Positions 39,601 through 50,999 of a DNA stretch of 64,000 nucleotides are shown here, one piece after another. Position 1 is the stretch's first letter; every line of letters starts with the position of its first letter. This DNA is from Basidiobolus meristosporus CBS 931.73 (lineage: Eukaryota; Fungi; Basidiobolomycota). The notes under the pieces are model-generated. The model saw only the letters and a list, made by a program, of their open reading frames with translations. It ran no database searches and had not been told where the DNA came from. A program made the translations under genes and the position numbers. The stretch is taken from the NCBI GenBank assembly GCA_002104905.1, contig MCFE01000507.1:1075-65074 (forward strand), in the 5' to 3' direction.

Positions 39601-40548
39601 AAACAAGTCTGAATATTTCTTCAAGAGAGTCTGGACCTGCTGGGGTGCTGGGGTAGAGGAATCCTCCTGTAAAACCGCCATGAGGAACATATGGGTACCT
39701 TTTTTAAGTGCACTACAGAACTGGGTCTTGCTAGGTTCACTTGTCTCACACACACTGGAATTGACCAGGTTGAAATCCGGCCTGGCAGGTAATAGCTCAT
39801 AGGACTTGTTGTCTTCTTGGATCTGAGTGGCATGGGTTCTCCAGTTGATTGATGAATTACGACAAAATAGCCAGGTTTTTCCAAGTACAAGGTCAAACTT
39901 GCAGTTCCCAAATATATAAGCCTGTAGGTCTTCTTCATAGTCATTGATCTTCATTCTTACTGGCTGAGTAATATGGTTGATTATGTGAGAGTTCCCATCA
40001 GCTGTTGAGACTGATGTTGATTTGGGGGGGGTTCCAAGTTGATTCCAGCTTTCAAGGCAAACTGCTCTGACATGTACTCATGTGATGCTCCTAAGTCAAT
40101 CATAATCTTGGCAGGTACTCCATTGAATGCTCCTTCAATTATAATAGCTTTCCTGAGTTTGAGGTCATTTTGGATAGGTATTTTCTGTTATATGGAAGGT
40201 GAGTCCTGAGTCTTCTTCAAGCTCTTCCTCAATGCTAATATGCTCAAGGGCTTTAATATATTTGAAGGTTCTTAATGACTGGTGTCCATTTTTTCTCTGA
40301 GGGCAGTACTTTGCAATATGTCTTTGCTGGTGGCAATTAAAGCAAAGTCCGTTCTTTTTACATGCTTGTGAGGGGGGATTCTTCTGCATAGCATCTAGTT
40401 CCATTGGCACTGCTTCTGATTGTCTTCTTTCAAAGTGATTGTAGCTTCTCTGATTAGTCATTGTGGGGTTCCCAACTCCAAACTTAGCTGAGTCATAGTC
40501 AACAGCAGTCTTGAGGGCTTCTTCAGTAGTCTGAGGTCTTTGATAGTG
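36602..40548 (-). mobile_element. Ty3/gypsy family A copy, 5'-truncated
   Basis: 3' LTR 36602-36969; IN, RH (38248-38886) and RT ORF 38929-39954 with YLDD; gag interrupted at 40548. Confidence 0.93.
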
Positions 40549-40993
40549 TGTTGTGATCTACCGCTTAAATGTTTAAGTTAGATCAGTTTTTAGTCAAATC
40601 AAATAGTTATATGTTTAGCCTACCAGTATATCGATGTTATCTATCAAATCAGTAGCATTAGTCAGCAAATGAATCAGCAGATCCTTATCAGACAGGAATA
40701 GATATATTAAGTAGGATCTTATAGGGTGATGATGATGCAATCAGATGAGTCATCAGCCGCAACCTACATGAGGAAATACAATTAGTCAGCAATTGATCTG
40801 GCAAAAATGTAGACTTGTTCCGTTGGATAGTGCCACATAGTGCCAGCCTGTTTATAGTGCCGGATCAATCTGGCACTCTACGGCACCATCTGGCACTATA
40901 ATTTCTACCATGATGCCAGTGATATGATACAGTTACTGGTAATTTTACTCAATCTTACTTATGTTGCTCAGAATAGTGCTTTCCTTGCTTTAT

Positions 40994-41878
40994 TTACTCT
41001 TCATAATGCTCCAGACACATTTCTCTCAGTGGATGTCTTCTTGTATGAACATTCTGTGCATTAATAAGTATCTTAACTATTTTACCTATCCTGCTGTTTT
41101 CACCTATATATGACTTTCCTCTGTATTTACCTGCCAATATACTGAATCTCTTCAGATATCCAAATGTGTGCTCTACCCTTGCTCTGAAATGATTAAATAT
41201 CTCATTGTAGAGCTTCTGCTTCCTGCTAAGCACACCATTCCTTGGCTTCCTATAAGCTGTAATACATCCTAATCTCTGACAATCCTCTCCTATATAGGCT
41301 AAGTCTGCCATACATTTCTCCCCTCTACTGAATTCAGGATGATTCTCTACCCAGAGTGCTTTGTCATGCCTACTTCCAGCAAATGGCCCACTAAACCAGA
41401 TGATGTTACCCTCAATATCAGACAGTGCTTGAAACTTCACACAGTGTGCCTTGTACTTGCCAGAATAAAAGTGCCTCTGCCCTCTAGAAGGTCTGTTAAT
41501 CCTCACTGGGAAGGTATCCAAAATACTCCTGATATGGAACCTGTTGCTGAACACTCTGGGATATGGAAGTCTATTGAAGCTTCTGAACCTAGTATTCCAA
41601 GCTTGCTCTAAGTCATTCATACCCTCTGCAAGGTGGTTCTCCATTGCTGTCAGCTGGGAATGAAAGCTTCTAGGACTTTTGTTGCCATGGATGGTGGGAT
41701 GAAACCTTGTAGGGCAATAGTTCTTGTAATAGCAGAGAAGCTTAACAAGGGATCTCCTTGAGTAGATTGGGGTTGATGGTCCACAGTACTTGGTATAGAT
41801 CTCCTCCAGTGTGTCAAAAGGAAATCCAGTGGTAGTGATGGGATTGATGAGAAAAGACCATTCAGATGAGTAAGTCAT
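40994..41878 (-). CDS. DDE_Tnp_4-type transposase, intact, 294 aa from the first ATG
   Basis: ILDTF, YSGKYKAHCVKFQ, SGPFAGSRHD, MADLAYIG, RKP, YNEIFNHFRARVEHTFGYLKRF; N-terminal part resembles the helix-turn-helix region of this family. Confidence 0.9.
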   Translation of the reverse strand: MTYSSEWSFLINPITTTGFPFDTLEEIYTKYCGPSTPIYSRRSLVKLLCYYKNYCPTRFHPTIHGNKSPRSFHSQLTAMENHLAEGMNDLEQAWNTRFRSFNRLPYPRVFSNRFHIRSILDTFPVRINRPSRGQRHFYSGKYKAHCVKFQALSDIEGNIIWFSGPFAGSRHDKALWVENHPEFSRGEKCMADLAYIGEDCQRLGCITAYRKPRNGVLSRKQKLYNEIFNHFRARVEHTFGYLKRFSILAGKYRGKSYIGENSRIGKIVKILINAQNVHTRRHPLREMCLEHYEE

Positions 41879-42237
41879 ATTAAAATTGATGGATGATTGT
41901 ATAGAGGCGGTTTGAATCAATTCGGCGCGATCCGCGTTATTTATCTGATTTTTAACACATTATGGTTAAATCTCCATCAGTTGCCATGTATCCCATCATT
42001 ATGTTGCAAATATCATCCGCAAACAATGCCTTGGTACTTTTATTGATGCTTTAATCATAGGTCTATAATCAAATAGGAAATCTGCAATTGATGTGATCTG
42101 ATCCGTGTCAACGCAATCCAAGATGCATCATGCATAATATATAGAAAATTCAACAATCACATTAGTTTTCATATATATTTCATATAAGACCAGGTTGATG
42201 CCAATATACTGCTGTATAAGTATCCAAATCCATTGCT

Positions 42238-43485
42238 ATGGTCCCCATACCAAGCCTCAACTCATCTTTAGTACAACCCAGACAAAACCCATCCCCCCGC
42301 TCACAAGCGCGGTCCGGACCGGAAAAGTTGATGTTGGATCCGTTTGAGTTCTCACCAAATGATTTTAGTATGGCCCAAGTGTCTATGATGAGCCTTCATA
42401 CAGATATTTGGGCACTACTGATTAATCTAGCAGAACTAGATACCTCAGAGAGTTGACAAAGATGGAAGAATTTGAGTAGAAAGCTGTGGCATGAGTTCTA
42501 CATCAAGATGCCAGCCAATGTATGTAAAAAGATATATAACAAGACAAGTATTGAAATCAAGAATGAGCTGAGAGTGAGGGGATTTGACAAAGAAGCCGCG
42601 CGGGAACAATTTTGCGCGCAATTTGCACAGTACGGGCCGGACTCATCCGTTCGTGCCTCAACTTTGGGAACCAAAGAGATTTTGAATGAGTTTTTGCCTC
42701 AAATGACTAATGTACTACGTGATATATTAGTAGAGCTAAGTGGCTTCCGAGAGCAATATACACAGGACTCATCCAGGCAACAGCTCCAAAGTATCAGACA
42801 GAGGGTAAGTGAATACCTTGAGTAATCAGATGGTGAGCTTCAGGAGGAAGAATACAGACCGCAAGCAACATTGTCCAGATTGCGCCAGCACGCCTCACTG
42901 GATTCCCTACCATCTCTTGCAACCACAGCGCGCCAGCGCACGTCAGTCCAGACCACGCCAACACCCTTTACCAGAATGCCCCGCGTCAAGTCAACGCGCG
43001 TCGGGTCAACGCGCGCGCTTCAGAGCAAAACTACGAGAACTTGCCAAACTGCTCATTTAGACACAAGTCCATTGGAGCGGACCAAGTCGCGTCAACATGC
43101 GGCATCACATCGAACTCAGCCAAGGGCCATCTCAACGCGTCAAGGCGTGCCTGTGCGTGCAATTTTGCCCGACCATCAGCGAGTTACTTCTGGTGAACTG
43201 ACTGATGATGACCAACATGAAGTGCCTCAACCACCAGAGCCCTTGGCAAGTAAAAGAACGCGTCAGCGCGTGGCACTACAGGCCGGTTCAGTTGGTTCAG
43301 TTGGAGCAATTCAGCGCGGCCAAGCTGCAGCATCGCACTCATCAACTAGGAGGCAAAATACTGACTACAAATACACAAGTAGCCAAGATGATAGTCAGCT
43401 AGGAAGTAGTATAGATGTGCAAAGTGAGTCAATACCAAATGCTTCAGTAGTAATCCCTGTGAGAAAAAAACCCAGGAGAAGATGA
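42238..43485 (+). pseudogene. H accessory ORF2, function unknown (one frame, two internal stops)
   Basis: Track ORFs 42238, 42472 and 42871 share a frame. TAA at 42823 is GAA in four other copies; TGA at 42454 is a stop in most copies. Ends RKKPRRR. Confidence 0.7.
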
Positions 43486-45775
43486 TGCGGTTGCTTTGAA
43501 TTGCTCACATTTGTAATGATCCCGACAACCCTTTTTTTTGCGATCCAAATCAAGCCATCATAAATCAGTGATCATCAAATTTTTGATATAAGTAATATCA
43601 AGGTCGTCTCACATTTGAGACAGAACCCCTATAAATAAACACCCTGCATATAAATATGTCATCTGTAATACCAGTGCAGCAATTGGATCTGTTTTGCACC
43701 TACACAATTGCTTGCGTGCTAGCTATGACACCTAGCCCAATCACTAGGATCAGGGATTTACTTGCTCAATGGGCAAAATGGGATATTTGATGGCAAATCA
43801 GGCCGCTTTTTCAGTAGTCAATGAGCCAATTGGGGGCTGCCAGCTTCAGGATACTTTTGGACCAATTAACCACTGAGATACCGTCCAATTGGAGTGAGGG
43901 TAACCAAAATGGTAAATATCAGTGTAGTTTATAGTGTGATACACATTTATTTCCATTTACATTAAAGAAACATATCCAAATACCGGATTTTACCTGCCAT
44001 TATAGCGGTATCCAATTGCGCACGTGATGCAAACATTACAAGTTGGCGCAATCATCCGTGCCAACCTCATCGTGTCAGATTGTGCCATAGTGTGCGAGAT
44101 CGTCCAAGAACGATCCTGCCTTCTGGTAGCTATGATATCGCGCCCAATTGTTCTTTGCAACCGCGGATTGTGCCGCGCGCCCTGGCACGGTACGATGGAA
44201 CAAGTCTTGTATATAAGGAGCTGCTGGAACCTCAATAACAATCAGTTCAAGTTTTAGTGAATACAATACTAGCTAAACTCCCTATTCCTCTACAACTCTT
44301 TTACCAAGACTTGTAACATTGGTAGCAGCAATAACCAGAAACCTCTCTCCTAGAAAAAGAAGAAGCCTCCCTCAAGATGTCTGAAAATTAGCAATGGAAG
44401 AATGCTATGCAGCAACTCCTGGCCCAACAGCAACAGGTACTCCAGATCCTTAGCCAGCAGCAACAAGGAATGACCACCATGGCCCAAAGCCAGCAAAACT
44501 CTGTCAAGAGCAACTTCAGTGTGAAGGTCAACTGGTGCCATGGTAGAGTCAATGAAAACCTGGGAACTTGGCTCTTCCAGGTTAAATAAGCTTTCAAGGC
44601 TAAAGGAATTGCTCCAGAAAGCAAGTTACATTATGCATCCTCTTACCTGACAGATGCAGCTTGACAGTGGTACCACAACAAGATCAGGTCAGCCATCATG
44701 ATGGGATGCTCCACAATCCCTACCTGGGATGAGTTTGTGTTGGAAATTCAGGATGCTTTTGAACCTCCACACCAGCAGACACTACTAAGAAGAAAGTTGA
44801 AGACACTCAGACAGAAAGGAATGGTTCAAGAGTACATCTCTGAATATAGATGTTGACTTGGAAAAATTGAAAGAATGGACCTGCTGGATCAAATGAAATA
44901 CTTTGTTGATTGGTTGAAAGAACAAACTTGCAAGGAAATGAGTAATCAAAGACCCCAGACTAATGAAGAAGCCATTAAGATTGCCATTGACTATGACTCA
45001 GCTATGTTTGGAGTTGGGAACCCCACAAGGACTAATCAGAGAAGCTACAATCACTTTGAAAGAAGACAATCAGAAGCAGTGCCAATGGAAATAGATGCTA
45101 TGCAGAAGAATCCCACCTCAGAAGAATGTAAGAAAGGACTTTGCTTCAATTCCCACCAGCATGGACATATTGCAAAGTACTGCCCTCTGAGAAGTAATGG
45201 ACACCAGCCATCAAGAACCTTCAACCATACTGAAGCCCTTGTCCATAGTAACATGGAGGATGAACTTGAAGAAGACTCAGAACTCACCTTCCATACAACA
45301 GAAGAATACCTATCCAAAATGACCTCAAACTCAGGAAAGCTATTATAATTGAACGAAGTAATCAATGGAGTACCTGCCAATATCATGATTAACTTAGGAG
45401 CATCACATGAGTATATGTCAGCGCAATTTTCTTTGAAAGCTGGAATCAACTTAGAACCCACCAAATCAACTTCAGTCTCAACAGCTGATAGGATCTCTCA
45501 TATAATTATCCATATTACTCAGCCAGTAAGGATGTAGAACAATGACTATGAAGAAAACCTACAGGCACATATATTTGGGAACTGCAAATTTGACCTTGTC
45601 CTTGGAAAAACCTGGCTATTTTGTTGTTATGCATCAATCAACTGGAGAACCCATTGTTGTAAGAGTCTTTGAGATGTTGAAAGTAATAGGGGGAACAAGT
45701 AGATTATGTGGTTTTCACTTAATGATTTATTGAATGTAAAAGTAGTATATATGTATTAGACTTGTTCCATTGGAT

Positions 45776-46472
45776 AGTGCCACATTGAGCCATGAGTGCC
45801 AAATAGTGCCATAGTGTGCCTGAGAGTCATAGCAGACCTAAACTTGGCCACAGAGTGTGACATATAGTTCTGCATATTCATGCAAAGCAGCCCCTGTGTT
45901 TCACCTACTGTGCGGGAGAAAATCAATTTTTTAGCCTTTTATTTGGGATCAAAATTGTGCATGACGTAAAAGAACACAGACAGACTGAAGATATGCATCT
46001 GGTACATAATACCCATGGCACTCTAAATCTAGCCCCACAGGCTTGTAGCATGTCACAAAATGCATGGCATTATCTTGGTCCACTGGTACTATCTGGCACT
46101 ATATGTGCTTTGTATAGGTTCTACTTTAGGGCTAATATTTAAAAATAGTGCCAGATAGTACCAGTGGACATAGATAGTGCCATGCATTTTTGTGACATGC
46201 TACAAGCCTGTGGGGCTAGATTTAGAGTGCCATGGGTATTATGTACCAGATGCATATCTTCAGTCTGTCTGTGCTCTTTTACGTCATGCACAATTTTGAT
46301 CCCAAATAAAAGGTTAAAAAATTGATTTTCTCCCGCACAGTAGGTGAAACACAGGGGCTGCTTTGCATGAATATGCAGAACTATATGTCACACTCTGTGG
46401 CCAAGCTTAGGTCTGCTATGACTCTCAGGCACACTATGGCACTATTTGGCACTCATGGCTCAATGTGGCACT
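45776..46472. repeat. Near-perfect ~700-bp inverted repeat (arms ~327 bp, loop 42 bp)
   Basis: Arms 45776-46102 and 46145-46472 are reverse complements with few mismatches. Confidence 0.95.
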
Positions 46473-46767
46473 GTAATTTCTGCCATGATGCCAGTGGTAT
46501 GATACAGTTACTGGTAATTTACTCAATCTTACTTATGTTGCTCAGAATAGTGCTTTCCTTGCTTTATTTACTCTTCATAACGCTCCAGACACATTTCTCT
46601 CAGTGGATGTCTTCTTGTATGAACATACTGTGCATTAATAAGTTTCTTAACTATTTTACCTATTCTGCTATTTCTCCTATATATGACTTTCCTCTGTATA
46701 TACCTGCCAATAGGCTGAATCTCTTCAGACATCCAAATGTGCGCTCTACACTCACTCGGAAATGATT

Positions 46768-48036
46768 AGACTTGTTCCATTGTATTGTGCCAGGGCACGT
46801 GGCGTGATCCGTGGTTGTAAAGAACAATTGGGCGCAATGTTATAGCTACCAGAAGGCAGGATTGTTCTTGGACAATTTTGCACTATGTGGGACAATCTTG
46901 CACACTATGGCACAATCTGACACGATGAGGTTGGCACAGATGATTGCACCAACTTGTAATGTTTACATCACGTGCGCAATTGGATACCGCTATTATGGCA
47001 GGTAAAATCCGGTATTTGGATATGCTTCTTTAATGTAAATGGAAATAAATGTGTATCACACTATAAACTACACTGATACTTACCATGTTGTTTACTATCA
47101 CTCCAATTGGGTGGCATCCCAGCAGTTAATTGGTCCAGAAATATGCTGAAGCTGTGAGCCCCCAACTGGCTCTTTGACCAATACACAAGCTATCTGATTT
47201 ACCCTCACTCCAATTGGACGGTATCTCAGTGGTTAATTGGTCCAAAGGTATCCTGAAGCTGGCAGCCCCCAATGGCTCATTGGCTACTGAAAAAGCTACC
47301 TGATTTGCCATCAAATATCCCATTTTGACCATTGAGCAAGTAAATCCCTGATCCTAGTGATTGGACAAGGTGTCATAGCTAGCACACAAGCAATTGTGTA
47401 GGTGCAAAACAGATCCAATAGCTGCACTGGTATAACAGATGACGTATATATATGCAGGGTGTTTATTTATAGGGGTTCTGTCTCAAATGTGAGAAGACCT
47501 TGATATTACTTATATCAAAAATTTGATGATCACTGATTTGCAATGGCTTGATTTGGATTGCAAAAAAAAAGGGTTGTCAGGATCATTACAAATGTGAGCA
47601 ATTCAAAGCAATTGCATCATCTTCTCCTGGGTTTTTTTCTCACAGCAATTACTACTAAAGCATTTGGTAGTGACTCACTTTGCACACCTATACTACTTCC
47701 TGGCTGACTATCATCTTGGCTACTTGTGTTTTCATAGTCAGTATTTTGCCTCCTAGTTAATGAGTGCAATGCTACAGCTTGGCCATGCTGAATTGCTCCA
47801 ACTGAACCAACTGAACCGGCCTGTAGTGCCACGCGCTGACGCGTTCTTTTACTTGCCAAGGGCTCCAGTGGTTGAGGCACTTCATGTTGGTCATCATCAG
47901 TCAGTTCACCAGAAGTGATTTGCTGATGGTCAGGCAAAATGGCACACGCAGGCACGCCTTGACGCATTGAGATGGCCCTTGGCTGGGTTTGATGTGATGC
48001 TGCATGTTAATGTGACTTGGTCTGTTCCAATGGACT
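46768..48036 (-). mobile_element. H right part nested in an H transposase gene
   Basis: gaaatgatt | agacttgttccattgtattgtgcc; reverse complement of ~43060-44207. Confidence 0.9.
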
Positions 48037-48578
48037 TGTGACACCCACTGAAAGATGTGCTCATTCCCTCATTTTCTACTTCCCTATATCTCTACTACAT
48101 TTATTTTAGTTTTATCCCATTTGTCTTTCCTAATCAGTACTATCCCATAAGCTGGTTGACTATCACACCTGCTAACCTTATTGCGTAAGTTGCCCCTCAC
48201 TTTATGTAGATTACTAGCTATAAGTGCTTCTATATTAGGCAAGTACCCACGCCAGTACCCGTGACACATGATCAACCTTTTTCACCATCCCTATCATTTC
48301 CATACCATATATGGTGTCCCTATGTTACACAGGTTTCAGAATACTGATTCCTGATTGGTTGGCTGTGCTGTGCCTCTTAGAACCTTGCGGCACCTACTTA
48401 AAACATTCTTAGGTCATTCTGATGTCATTAAGATTTCTATTGATATCCAGAACCTTCTGGAACACCATGATTAGTAATCACTTAGCCAGTAAGAAAAGTA
48501 TATAAGGGAGGCTATCCCTCAACAATAAATCATCATCCCTTTTATCAATATACCAACTTGTTGATTAGTGTGATCACA
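48037..48578 (+). repeat. Putative LTR of an unassigned family, 542 bp
   Basis: tgtga..tcaca termini; tataag followed by aataaa. No TSD or TGG-type PBS seen; left boundary has tgtg microhomology with H. Confidence 0.5.
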
Positions 48579-49096
48579 GCTACCTGCTGCTACCTGAACT
48601 TCCAACCCCAGACCACAGGACACTCCCAGGAAACCGCGCTGACAGCCAACTGACCTTGGAGGCACTACTTGTGAGGAATACTCAGAGTAGGTATCTTTTA
48701 TTATATTTGATTCTTTCCCAAGTTTGTTCTTGTACAGGCAAAGATACTTTTCTGTCTTTGTAACTATTGACCACAGCTGCATTCTTATCAAGTCCCTGCT
48801 GGTGGAGTTTACAGTTGTTTTGACTTTGGAAGCTTTAGTACATTGTCATCTTAAAGGATGCTGAACCCAGCACATACTTTTGTTAAGACACAAACTAAGT
48901 TGGGGATTGTAGCTCAATAGTTTTCCCTTCACAAGCTTGTGGCTTTATTCCCCTTCACATTAGATTAGAGACAGAACCTAAGTATTCCTAGCAAGCTTTT
49001 GCCAGAGGTTATTGCACCCAGTGAACACCCCACACACAAGACACTTGAGAAGTGTTGGACGTATCTCTCCCTTGGACTTATACACCACCACACTGC
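48579..49096. repeat. Unassigned repeat X, inverted copy at 60506-60931
   Basis: 48673-49096 is the reverse complement of 60506-60931. Confidence 0.85.
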
Positions 49097-50999
49097 ACGG
49101 CACCAATTTTGCGCGCAATTTGCACAGTATGGGCTGGATGTGTCCATTTGTGCCTCAACTTTGGGAACCAAAGAGATTTTGAATGAGTTTTTGCCTCAAA
49201 TGACTAATGTACTACGTGATATATTAGTAGAGCTAAGTGGCTTCCAAGAGCAATATACACAGGACTCATCCAGGCAACAGCTCCAAAGTATCAGACAGAG
49301 GGTAAGTGAATACCTTGAGGAATCAGATGGTGAGCTTCAGGAGGAAGAATACAGACCGCAAACAACATTGTCCAGATTGCACCAGCATGCCTTGCTGGAT
49401 TCCCTACCATCTCTTGCAACCACAGCGCGCCGGCGCACATCAGTCCAGACCATGCCAACACCCGTTACTAGAACACCCCGCATTGAGTCAACTTGCATCA
49501 AGTCAACACATATTGAGTCAATGTGCGTGCTTTAGAGCAAAACTATGAGAACTTGCCAAACTGCTCATTTAGACACAAGTCCATTGGAGCGGACCAAGTT
49601 GAGTCAACATGCAGCATCACATTGAACACAGCCAAGGGCCATCTCAATGCATCAAGGCGCACCTGCGCATGCAGTTTGCCTGACCATCAGCAAGTTACTT
49701 CTGGTGAACTGACTGATGATGAGCAACATGAAGTGCCTCAACCACTGGAGCCCTTGGCAAGTAAAAGAAACCGTCAGCACATGGCACTACAGGCCGGTTC
49801 AGTTGGTTCAGTTGGAGCAATTCAGCGCGGCCAAGCTGCAGCATTGCACTCATCAACTAGGAGGCAAAATACTGACTACAAATACACAAGTAGCCAAGAT
49901 GATAGTCAGCCAGGAAGTAGTATAGGTGTGCAAGGTGAGTCACTACCAAATGCTTCAGTAGTAATCCCTGTGAGAAAAAAACCCAGGAGAAGATGATGCA
50001 ATTGCTTTGAATTGCTCAGATTTGTAATGATCCCAACAACCCATTTTTTTGGCAATCCAAATTGAGCCATTGCAAATCAGTGATCATCAAATTTTTGATA
50101 TAAGTAATATCAAGGTTGTCTCACATTTGAGACAGAACCCCTATAAATATACACCCTGCATATATATATGTCATCTGTTATACCAGTGCAGCTATTGGAT
50201 CTGTTTTGCACCTACACAATTGCTTGTGTGCTAGCTATGACACCTTGTCCAATCACTAGGATCAGGGATTTACTTGCTCAATGGGCAAAATGGGATATTT
50301 GATGGCAAATCAGGTAGCTTTTTTAGTAGTCAATGAGCCAATTGGGGGCTGCCAGCTTCAGGATACCTTTGGACCAATTAACCACTGAGATACTGTCCAA
50401 TTGGAGTGAGGGTAACTAAAATGGTAAGTATCAGTGTAGTTTATAGTGTGATACACATTTATTTCCATTTACATTAAAGAAGCATATCCAAATACCGGAT
50501 TTTACCTGCCATAATAGTGGTATCCAATTGTGCATGTGATGCAACCATTACAAGTTGGCTCAGTCATCTGTGCCAACCTCATTGTGTCAGATTGTGCCAT
50601 AGTGTGCAAGATTGTCCCGCATAGTGCAAAATTGTCCAAGAACAATCCTGCCTTCTGGTAGCTATAATATTGCACCCAATTGTTTTTTACAACCGCAGAT
50701 TGCGCCGCGCGCCCTGGCATGGTACAATGAAACAAGTCTAATAACATTGTCTTGTCATAACAACCACATAGAATAGGTTAAGGAAGGTCCTAAGAACATG
50801 TGTGCAATGTTTGGAGCTCTTTGGACAAATTTGAGAATTTTCATGTTGTGGGTACCTGGTATTTTGGTGAAAATGTTATAAGTAACTCCCAACCAGGTAT
50901 TTTGTGAGTATTCTCTAGGATATGAAGGTAATGATCTAAGTGACTAAATTAGGTGAATATTTAGGTGGAAATACAAATTTTTGCAACACTCCCACCCAA

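Larger units (their letters stand above)
40811..44207 (+). mobile_element. Full-length H element (PIF/Harbinger superfamily, PHIS), 3397 bp
   Basis: TIRs AGACTTGTTCC..GTGCCA (11 bp perfect, ~25 bp imperfect); 3-bp TSD tgt, whose removal restores the gypsy LTR; DDE_Tnp_4-type transposase plus a divergent ORF. Confidence 0.93.
40549..45654 (+). mobile_element. Ty3/gypsy family A copy (5' LTR split by H; gag-PR; truncated by copia)
   Basis: LTR 40549-40810 plus 44208-~44317, PBS tggtagcagc, gag remnants 44380-45540. Confidence 0.9.
45758..50739 (+). mobile_element. Compound H element (long-palindrome left end; right part 49097-50739)
   Basis: att | agacttgttcc ... aaacaagtct | aat; splits a copia LTR. 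Confidence 0.88.

Noticed and set aside
41930-42230. Protein-like minus-strand stretch upstream of the H transposase (possible extra exon)
   Set aside because: Needs frameshifts or unverified splice sites; the transposase appears complete without it.
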